Of a DNA stretch of 17,249 nt, positions 1 to 6,488 are shown piece by piece. The position numbers were made by a program, and so were the translations under genes. Numbering within the stretch: the first letter of the stretch is position 1; each line of letters begins with the position of its first letter. Source of the DNA: Chlamydiia bacterium. GTDB taxonomy: Bacteria; Chlamydiota; Chlamydiia; Chlamydiales; 2-12-FULL-49-11. Under the pieces are notes generated by a model. The model ran no database searches, was not told where the DNA came from, and saw only the letters and a program-made list of their open reading frames with translations. The DNA is taken from positions 1-17,249 of the forward strand of contig JBIKLZ010000024.1 of assembly GCA_044359535.1 (NCBI GenBank), given 5' to 3'.

Positions 1-895
1 CGGAAAATGCATTAGACTGTTTCCATTTTTCAAGTTCTTCAGTAAATTTCATCTCATTTTTAGACACTTTTAAATAAAGGCATAGAGCTAGCTTTTGATC
101 AAGGGATAAGGGGTTAAAGAGCTCATACAGATAAATAGTGGGGTAGGTTCCTTTTGGAAATTTGGGAAGAAAGGCTATCTTTTGCTCTAACTCTTCATAG
201 GAAATTAAAGGAAGGTGGGGAAAAATGACCTTTAAAAGGGAGCACTTGTGCATAAGAAGGAGGGCTTTAAAAAGATGGGGATCTTTAGTCATTTTTTTAA
301 ATTCATCATAGACCCGTTCAATAGCAACAGAAGGAAATAGAGTATGAGCCTCACAAACAATTGCCTGAAAAGTACTTTCTTCGATAGGGAAACAAAAGCG
401 AGCGCTATAACGACAAGCTCGAATCATCCGTAAACGATCCTCTTTAAACCGGAGGAAAGGATCGCCAACAGCACGAATGATCCCTTTTTCTAAATCCTGT
501 TTTCCCCCAACAAAGTCATAGATAATCTCTTTTATAGGATCGTAAAACAGGCTGTTGATAGTAAAATCTCTCCTTTTAGCATCTTCTTCAGGGGAGACAT
601 GTTGAATTTTTGAGGGGCGCCTTCCATCAAGATACCCCTCTTCAGATCGAAATGTGGCAACCTCAAACTCCATCTCTTCTTCAACAACAATCAAGATCGA
701 AAATTGCACTCCCACAGAGATGGTTTTTGGAAAAAGAGCCATCACTTCGAAGGGGGTGGCAGTTGTGGCTATGTCAATATCATCGGCCTCTTTTAGTAGA
801 AGGTGGTCTCGAACCCACCCCCCTGCAAAATAGGTGGTAAACCCTGAATTTTGTAGAACCTCGACAATTTTTTTTGCTGTATTGAAACGTTTCAT
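1..895 (-). CDS. cca: CCA-adding tRNA nucleotidyltransferase (class II, PcnB/CCA family); 3' end runs off the left edge
   Basis: Manual translation from ATG at 895: MKRFNTAKKIVEVLQNSGFTTYFAGGWVRDHLLLKEADDIDIATTA...EVATFRSEEGYLDGRRPS...DAKRRDFTINSL...RFKEDRLRMIRACRY...ERVYDEF. Contains GGxVRD/DxD, RRDFTIN, EDxxR and a CCA-type flexible loop (Y.DGRRP). Lacks the poly(A) polymerase G[RK][RK]F signature (reads VGVQF). Not in the supplied ORF track. Confidence 0.9.
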   Translation of the reverse strand, partial: MKRFNTAKKIVEVLQNSGFTTYFAGGWVRDHLLLKEADDIDIATTATPFEVMALFPKTISVGVQFSILIVVEEEMEFEVATFRSEEGYLDGRRPSKIQHVSPEEDAKRRDFTINSLFYDPIKEIIYDFVGGKQDLEKGIIRAVGDPFLRFKEDRLRMIRACRYSARFCFPIEESTFQAIVCEAHTLFPSVAIERVYDEFKKMTKDPHLFKALLLMHKCSLLKVIFPHLPLISYEELEQKIAFLPKFPKGTYPTIYLYELFNPLSLDQKLALCLYLKVSKNEMKFTEELEKWKQSNAFS

Positions 896-901
896 AGAAG
901 G

Positions 902-930
902 AGTATAAGAAAAAAATTTCAGTTTGACAA
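902..930 (-). promoter_or_regulatory. Putative sigma66/sigma70 promoter for cca (TTGTCA-N17-TATACT)
   Basis: Minus strand: TTGTCA (930-925), 17-nt spacer, TATACT (907-902), then 6 nt to the ATG at 895. Confidence 0.6.
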
Positions 931-953
931 CAGAATCGATTGAAATATAAGAT
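924..953 (+). promoter_or_regulatory. Putative sigma66/sigma70 promoter for the 1040-2001 gene pair
   Basis: Perfect TTGACA at 924-929 followed by TATAAG (946-951, N16) or TAAGAT (948-953, N18). Confidence 0.55.
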
Positions 954-959
954 ATTTTT

Positions 960-1043
960 ATGCTAAAAGTAACCCTTTTAGTAAATAAGGCCCTTATGCT
1001 TAAAGTAAAAAATACAAAAATATCCTTCAAGTTGGATCGATGA
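960..1043 (+). CDS. Possible 27-aa upstream ORF (MLKVTLLVNKALMLKVKNTKISFKLDR)
   Basis: Open frame from ATG 960 to TGA 1041-1043. The stop overlaps the ATG of the next gene (ATGA), and the start lies near the predicted transcription start. Confidence 0.3.
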   Translation: MLKVTLLVNKALMLKVKNTKISFKLDR

Positions 1044-1492
1044 GGAAATTTTTTTTACTCTTCTTTTTTTTAGATAGGGCCTTTTGTCAAGGCCTTCCAC
1101 TTCATATTACCTATAGACAATCGGTATGTATTGATACAATTATTTACTCTTTAGGGGAAAAAAGCACTGGAGCTTTGATGTTTAATGCCCTTGAACTTCG
1201 CTCTATAGGAAAAGAAATTGAACCTATTCCCCCTTTAGAGTTTCTTTATTACATTTGTAAAAAACCCTCTATTTTAACCTGTTTAAAACATACAAGGGGG
1301 AGGTATTTTCAATGGAATGCCTTTATCTCGGGCTTTGGAGAAAAGTGTAACCAAGATAGTGTTTACAAAAAAATTAGAGAGGATATAGATCTTTTTGCTG
1401 AGGGTCTTGATCTTGATGTGGATGAACTTTTTCCTTATATCGAAAGTAAGGACTGGAAGGGGTTTGTAAATTATTTATTAACAAGGAGATGA
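1040..1492 (+). CDS. Exported/membrane-anchored hypothetical protein, chlamydia-type conserved family (paralog 1)
   Basis: 150-aa ORF with a signal-like N-terminus (MRKFFLLFFFL..AFCQ). Aligns by eye with the next ORF (LG..S...L.F, FL.Y, P....C.K, W, DW.GF...L). Confidence 0.8.
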   Translation: MRKFFLLFFFLDRAFCQGLPLHITYRQSVCIDTIIYSLGEKSTGALMFNALELRSIGKEIEPIPPLEFLYYICKKPSILTCLKHTRGRYFQWNAFISGFGEKCNQDSVYKKIREDIDLFAEGLDLDVDELFPYIESKDWKGFVNYLLTRR

Positions 1493-2001
1493 AGATGAAA
1501 ATAAGAAGTCTGGCACTTATTTTGATGATGAGCCCAATGATTTTTTGTCATACAGGAGAAAACATTGGGGTTACACATTTTGAAAGTATAGATGAGAATC
1601 AAAACTTTGTAGTCAAAGTGACTTTAGATGAAGCAAAGGTGATTGAAGAACTTTTAACAACGATGGGTCACTCCTCAGTAGTTACCCTTTTGTTTAAAAA
1701 AAGCACACTAAAAAAGCTTGCTCATGCCCTCCATAGGGTGAGTTCAACATCGTTTTTAGGCTATGTTTTTCAAAGACCTCATTTAGTCCAGTGTATGAAA
1801 AATATTTCTGAATCCTCAATAAAATGGGACAACCTTACAAGAAGTATTGTAAAGGGGTTAAAGAAGGAGGCGCAAAACAGTTTATTTGAATATCTACCAA
1901 AATTTGCCCTTCATACAGGGGGGGATGAAGTTGTTTTAGCTGAACTTGCTGAAAATGGGGATTGGAATGGATTTATTTTGCATTTAGTTCAAAGGCATTA
2001 G
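1489..2001 (+). CDS. Exported hypothetical protein, chlamydia-type conserved family (paralog 2)
   Basis: 170-aa ORF with a signal-like N-terminus. ATGA overlap with the upstream paralog and AAGGAG upstream (which favours the second Met at 1495). Ends DWNGFILHL versus DWKGFVNYL in paralog 1. Confidence 0.82.
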   Translation: MKMKIRSLALILMMSPMIFCHTGENIGVTHFESIDENQNFVVKVTLDEAKVIEELLTTMGHSSVVTLLFKKSTLKKLAHALHRVSSTSFLGYVFQRPHLVQCMKNISESSIKWDNLTRSIVKGLKKEAQNSLFEYLPKFALHTGGDEVVLAELAENGDWNGFILHLVQRH

Positions 2002-3277
2002 AGGGTTCTAGAAAAAAATCTGAAGTTACTGATGTAAAAAGCTTAGGTGAGATCATCTGAGCTTTTTTCTTTTCTATAAGGTAATGAGCATTTCCCCTTT
2101 CCCATGGGGGCATAAGATCAAAGGTGTGATGGGATAAAAAATCAATGAGTTTTGGGGGTTGGGGATCATGGATAAAAATGTGTCCATGAACACTTTGTAA
2201 AAGTTCCATGGTGGTAAGACCTCCAGATTTTGCAATGATACAGTCTATGTGAAAGTAGAGGGGGGCAAGGATCGTATCATCTTGAAATGCAAGGGGGAGA
2301 ATGGTTAAATTATGGGGGTAGTCCTTTTGGGTTTGCAGCTCCTCAAGAATGGCTTTATAGTATTGAGAAGAGGTCTTTTCTGAGCCGACTAAAATAAAGA
2401 GAAGTTCCTTTCTTTCTGCGCAATAGCGCTTTTTTTGCTCTATAAATTGAACCATGTAGTTGATTAATACCTCTTTTGGAGGGTAGGATCCAAGAGTGAT
2501 CAACGAAAGGGTTTGGTTCTCTGCTTTGAAGGTCAAGCTATTTTTATCGCAAGTAAGGGGGGTGTTTCCATAGGAAATGGCTTTACAAATCGATAGGGTG
2601 CTTTCGGGGGAATAGGTGTTAAAAGTAAGCACTAAAGGGGTGTTTTTCTTTTTATAGCTATTGAAGGTGGGTCTTAAGGGAAAAGGGCTATACTCTATGT
2701 TGAAAGGATCCAGCCCTGTAACTTTATTCCAAAATTCGGTCTCATCTTTATACCCTTCTAAAAGAGGAACAGTTGTTACTATTTTGATGAAGGGCTTATC
2801 TAAGGGGGCAAGTCTTAAAAGCGATTTAAAATAGTGACGACACTTTTTTGTAGGCAAATCTGTTAAAACTTTTTTATATTCAATGGAATTTCCATAAAAA
2901 AATGTGAGAAACCGTATTGCCTTAACAATCGGTTTTGTTGCCATGTGCTGAGTGTCAATGACATGGGTAATTTTATGTTTTTTGAGGAGAAAAAGAATTT
3001 TGAAGAAAAAAAGAGGAGTGAGGACAACATCAATAAAGTTTGAGCAAAAAGAAAAAAAAAGGGTAGAAAAGATGTGGCCATGTCTTTGGCAATAGTTCCA
3101 AAACCCTACAATTAAGCCCCCTAAATACTTCCCTAAAAAATCAACAAGAGTATCCTTTTGGATAATGTAACAGATCCCTTCATCGATAAGTTCTGCGTAT
3201 TTAGCCTTTGCTGCTTGAAGATGGCCCCCGCCACCAGATAAGGTGAAGATAAGCACCCTTTTATTTTGTTTTTTCAT
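1973..3277 (-). CDS. GT-B fold glycosyltransferase, GT28 / MGDG-synthase (UgtP)-like
   Basis: N-terminal SGGGGHLQAA and C-terminal IAKSGGLTTMEL and WERGNA motifs resemble the GGGH, KxG..T..E and QExGN motifs of MGD/UgtP/MurG-type enzymes. Start placed at MKKQNK (3277), preceded by GAGGG; the ORF track extends it to 3316. Confidence 0.75.
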   Translation of the reverse strand: MKKQNKRVLIFTLSGGGGHLQAAKAKYAELIDEGICYIIQKDTLVDFLGKYLGGLIVGFWNYCQRHGHIFSTLFFSFCSNFIDVVLTPLFFFKILFLLKKHKITHVIDTQHMATKPIVKAIRFLTFFYGNSIEYKKVLTDLPTKKCRHYFKSLLRLAPLDKPFIKIVTTVPLLEGYKDETEFWNKVTGLDPFNIEYSPFPLRPTFNSYKKKNTPLVLTFNTYSPESTLSICKAISYGNTPLTCDKNSLTFKAENQTLSLITLGSYPPKEVLINYMVQFIEQKKRYCAERKELLFILVGSEKTSSQYYKAILEELQTQKDYPHNLTILPLAFQDDTILAPLYFHIDCIIAKSGGLTTMELLQSVHGHIFIHDPQPPKLIDFLSHHTFDLMPPWERGNAHYLIEKKKAQMISPKLFTSVTSDFFLEPSNAFELNAK

Positions 3278-3411
3278 AGTACCCTCGAAAAAGAATTTCT
3301 TTGATAGATGTAACATATTCTATGGTTTAAAAAAAAGAATTCTTTTTTAAATAAATCGATTTACTTTAATAGAGGTATTAGAATTATTAAGGGTAAATAA
3401 AGGAGAAAAAT

Positions 3412-3813
3412 ATGGGAATTGATAAAGGTTATGGATTTCATGATAACCCTACTGGATATGATTCCAATGACTACAACCGTTCTATAGAGCAACGACAAGA
3501 GAAGCTTGGAAGTAAGTTGGACAAGCTGAAAAATTTAAAGACAAGAAAAACAGAACTTTTAGCTACTAGCGGTAAATCTACTCAAACTCTTCCGCAAAAA
3601 GTAGGTAATTTTTTTAAGACACTTTTTGGCACCTTTGAACTATATTTTATAGAAAAAAGTATCAAATCTGTATTAGGTGATATACAGGCTTTGAGAAAGC
3701 AACATATTCAATGGAATGGAGAAGCTAAAATCAATGAGCATGATAAGATGGAAGGGAAGTTGAAGAACGAATATGGACAAGGAGACATAAAAGGCGAAGG
3801 TACTGATTTTTAG
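3412..3813 (+). CDS. Orphan hypothetical protein (predicted coiled-coil and amphipathic helix); candidate secreted effector
   Basis: 133-aa ORF with a strong AAGGAG RBS. No family recognised. Confidence 0.7.
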   Translation: MGIDKGYGFHDNPTGYDSNDYNRSIEQRQEKLGSKLDKLKNLKTRKTELLATSGKSTQTLPQKVGNFFKTLFGTFELYFIEKSIKSVLGDIQALRKQHIQWNGEAKINEHDKMEGKLKNEYGQGDIKGEGTDF

Positions 3814-3923
3814 TAAAATAAAATTATAATAATGATATAATTTTTTATTATTCTTCTTTTATTTGCTTCTTCGTGTTATTATTAATATGTTTGATTAACA
3901 TTAATAATAATAAGGAGCTTTTT

Positions 3924-4241
3924 ATGTCAATTGACCCTCATTACGAAAGTCCGTGTCTTTATCTAGCAAAAACAGTCGGCGTGGCAGTTATCGGTGGTAC
4001 CTGTTTCTGCACAACTATAACACTAAATCCTGCTTTGGCTTTGTGCGTTTTTTATCTAACAGGTGCCGCCTTGATTGTTGCAAATCACGGTCTAGAAGGT
4101 CTAAAATTGCACACATTTACAAACAATTCAGAAAAAAGGGTAAAAAACCTCTCAAGCATTGACCAACAATCCTCCGATAACTCGCCAAGGGAATCAAAAG
4201 GGGATGAAGCAAAAGGGGATGAAACAAAGAAAAAGCAATAG
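3924..4241 (+). CDS. Hypothetical protein with bilobed hydrophobic hairpin; candidate inclusion membrane (Inc-like) protein
   Basis: TAAGGAG RBS at 3911-3917 before ATG 3924 (MSIDPHYESP...). ~43-aa hydrophobic segment CLYLAKTVGVAVIGGTCFCTTITL-NP-ALALCVFYLTGAALIVA followed by a hydrophilic Ser/Lys/Glu tail. Confidence 0.7.
   Translation: MSIDPHYESPCLYLAKTVGVAVIGGTCFCTTITLNPALALCVFYLTGAALIVANHGLEGLKLHTFTNNSEKRVKNLSSIDQQSSDNSPRESKGDEAKGDETKKKQ
4195..4228 (+). repeat. 15-bp tandem repeat (CAAAAGGGGATGAAG/CAAAAGGGGATGAAA) encoding KGDEA-KGDET
   Basis: Two copies with 14/15 identity plus the start of a third (CAAA), in frame at the 3' end of the Inc-like ORF. Confidence 0.85.
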
Positions 4242-4251
4242 CAGTTGTCTA

Positions 4252-5892
4252 TTAATCTTTCATTGATAACAAAAATTCGGTGTTGGTATGTGTCTTTTTC
4301 ATCCGAGATAAAAGAAGATTCATAGCATCTGCAGGGGATAAATCTGCTAGCGCTGCTCGAAGTTTGTAGACTTTTTCTAATTCTTCTTTGTGATAAAGAA
4401 GGTCCTCTCTTCGTGTTCCACTTTTTAGAACATCAATAGCAGGATAAAGTCTTCTGTCGGCAAGTCTGCGATCTAGAACAAGCTCTAGATTTCCTGTCCC
4501 CTTAAACTCTTCGTAGATCACCTCATCCATCTTAGACCCTGTATCAATAAGAGCTGAGCCAATGATTGTAAGAGAGCCCCCCTCTTCAAGGTTTCGGGCG
4601 GCACCAAAAAAGCGTTTAGGTTTGTGCATGGCATTTGCATCCACCCCCCCAGAAAGAATTTTTCCAGAGTGGGGTTGAACTGTGTTATAAGCACGGGCAA
4701 GACGGGTAATAGAGTCTAAAATAATCACTACATCCTCCCCTTTTTCTACAAGTCTTTTTGCCTTTTCAATACACATTTCGGCCACAACGCAATGACGCTC
4801 TGGGGGCTCATCAAAGGTTGAAGCAATCACTTGACCTTTGTTCCCAATAAGTCTTTGCATATCGGTAACCTCTTCAGGTCTTTCATCAATAAGTAGAACC
4901 AAAAGCTTTACCTCTTTGTTATTTGTAGAAATTCCATGGATGATATTTTGTAATATGATGGTTTTACCCGCTTTTGGGGGGGCCACAATTAAAGCCCGTT
5001 GCCCTTTACCCACGGGGGAGACAAGGTCAATAACTCGTGTGGAAAAATTCTCTTTTGTCGTTTCCATCATCAGACGACGTGTTGGATGGATGGGGGTAAA
5101 GTTTACAAATGATTTTCTATTGGGTTGGTCTTTTGGGGCAATACCATTAACAGTATCAACTCTTAAGAGGGCAAAATATTTATCCTTTTCTTTAGGAACG
5201 CGGATTGGACCTACCACCTCATCCCCTTTTCTTAGTCCGTAGTGACGAATTTGAGAGGGGGATACATAAATGTCTTCAGCAGAGGATAGGTAATTGTACT
5301 GCGGCGATCTTAAAAAACCAAATCCGTCAGGTAAAATTTCTAGGGTCCCTTCTGAAATAAGGATTTGAGCAGGATCGTGGATTTTTGCTTTTACAATAGC
5401 AAAGACAATATCGGATCGGTTCATATTGGTTAAAGAACTGATCCCAATACTTACTGCATAGGAAGCAAGCTCTTCAAAACTCATCTTTTGCAAATCGGCA
5501 ATCCTTGTTTCTAAAGCCTCCACTCCAGGGGGTAATAAAGGAAGATCAGGTTCAATAAAGGAATCATCGCTTTCAGAAGGGGCTTTGTCTGGGCGATTCT
5601 TATTTCCAAAATGTTGCCCCTTTTTCCGATTTTGGTTGTTTCTCCCCCGATTGTTGTTGTTACTATTTTTTTTCATCGGGGTGTTTCCATGGGTGACATG
5701 GGAAGGAATTTCTTCATCAGAAGAGGGCTTTGGAGCTTGGGGGGTAGCTTCTCTTAAAGATTGGACAAGGGGAGGGGGGGTTAATAGACTTGAAAGCTCG
5801 GGAGCTTTTTTTTCAGTAGGGGTTTGTATGTCTTCTTGAGTCTTTGTGATCATTTTTTTCTCTTTTTTTGGTTGTATGGGTTCTTCTGTCAT
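4252..5892 (-). CDS. rho: Transcription termination factor Rho with long N-terminal extension
   Basis: [16 protein letters not shown], Walker [54 protein letters not shown] overlap with the coaE stop. Confidence 0.98.
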   Translation of the reverse strand: MTEEPIQPKKEKKMITKTQEDIQTPTEKKAPELSSLLTPPPLVQSLREATPQAPKPSSDEEIPSHVTHGNTPMKKNSNNNNRGRNNQNRKKGQHFGNKNRPDKAPSESDDSFIEPDLPLLPPGVEALETRIADLQKMSFEELASYAVSIGISSLTNMNRSDIVFAIVKAKIHDPAQILISEGTLEILPDGFGFLRSPQYNYLSSAEDIYVSPSQIRHYGLRKGDEVVGPIRVPKEKDKYFALLRVDTVNGIAPKDQPNRKSFVNFTPIHPTRRLMMETTKENFSTRVIDLVSPVGKGQRALIVAPPKAGKTIILQNIIHGISTNNKEVKLLVLLIDERPEEVTDMQRLIGNKGQVIASTFDEPPERHCVVAEMCIEKAKRLVEKGEDVVIILDSITRLARAYNTVQPHSGKILSGGVDANAMHKPKRFFGAARNLEEGGSLTIIGSALIDTGSKMDEVIYEEFKGTGNLELVLDRRLADRRLYPAIDVLKSGTRREDLLYHKEELEKVYKLRAALADLSPADAMNLLLSRMKKTHTNTEFLLSMKD

Positions 5893-6488
5893 TAGGCTAA
5901 AATTCCTTCCATCATCTTGTAGATACGGTTGTTAAAATCTGTTTTGGTTCCGTTGTTTGTGATTGTAAACATCGCTTTTTGCTCTTTTTCTTCATTGGAA
6001 AGGGTATTTTTTTCCCTTAGATCAAAATCTTTAAATGGGGATCGCTTTTTTGAGATAGACTTTTCTGTTTTAACAAAAATCGTCACATCAAATAACCCTT
6101 CTAAAGAGAGTTCAAAAAGTAATGGAACCTCTATGGCAACCACCCCTTGGACCCCTTTAAGGAGGGTTTTAATTCTATCAAGGACGTAAGGAAGGGTGAT
6201 TTTTTCACACTTTTTTAAAGAGGGAGGGTCGTGAAATATTTTTTGTGCTATTAATTTTTTATCTAACATGTGGTTTGTAAGGATGTCATCTCCTAAAAGG
6301 TCGCAAAGGGATTGTTGAAGCTCGACATTAGTTTTGTATAGGTTATCAAGAATTTCGTCTACGGAAAGGGTGTGTAACCCTAGTTTTTGAAGAGTCCCCA
6401 TTAGGGTACTTTTCCCAGAGGATACACTTCCTGTAACCCCTATAACCTTTATATTAGCATGTGCTCCAATTTTTTCCAACCGAAACAT
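5892..6488 (-). CDS. coaE: Dephospho-CoA kinase (start codon uncertain)
   Basis: IGVTGSVSSGKST P-loop and EVPLLFE motif. Lies between polA and rho as in other chlamydiae. Confidence 0.92.
   Translation of the reverse strand: MFRLEKIGAHANIKVIGVTGSVSSGKSTLMGTLQKLGLHTLSVDEILDNLYKTNVELQQSLCDLLGDDILTNHMLDKKLIAQKIFHDPPSLKKCEKITLPYVLDRIKTLLKGVQGVVAIEVPLLFELSLEGLFDVTIFVKTEKSISKKRSPFKDFDLREKNTLSNEEKEQKAMFTITNNGTKTDFNNRIYKMMEGILA

Noticed and set aside
610..840. 76-aa + strand ORF
   Set aside because: Antisense shadow inside the cca gene; no RBS or recognisable features.
1..895. Calling the left-edge gene poly(A) polymerase (pcnB)
   Set aside because: Lacks the G[RK][RK]F PAP signature and has a CCA-type loop.
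2863..3081. 72-aa Phe-rich minus-strand ORF
   Set aside because: Alternate frame within the glycosyltransferase, produced by T-rich codons.
3953..4162. 69-aa Arg/Cys-rich + strand ORF
   Set aside because: Alternate frame of the Inc-like gene, which owns the RBS.
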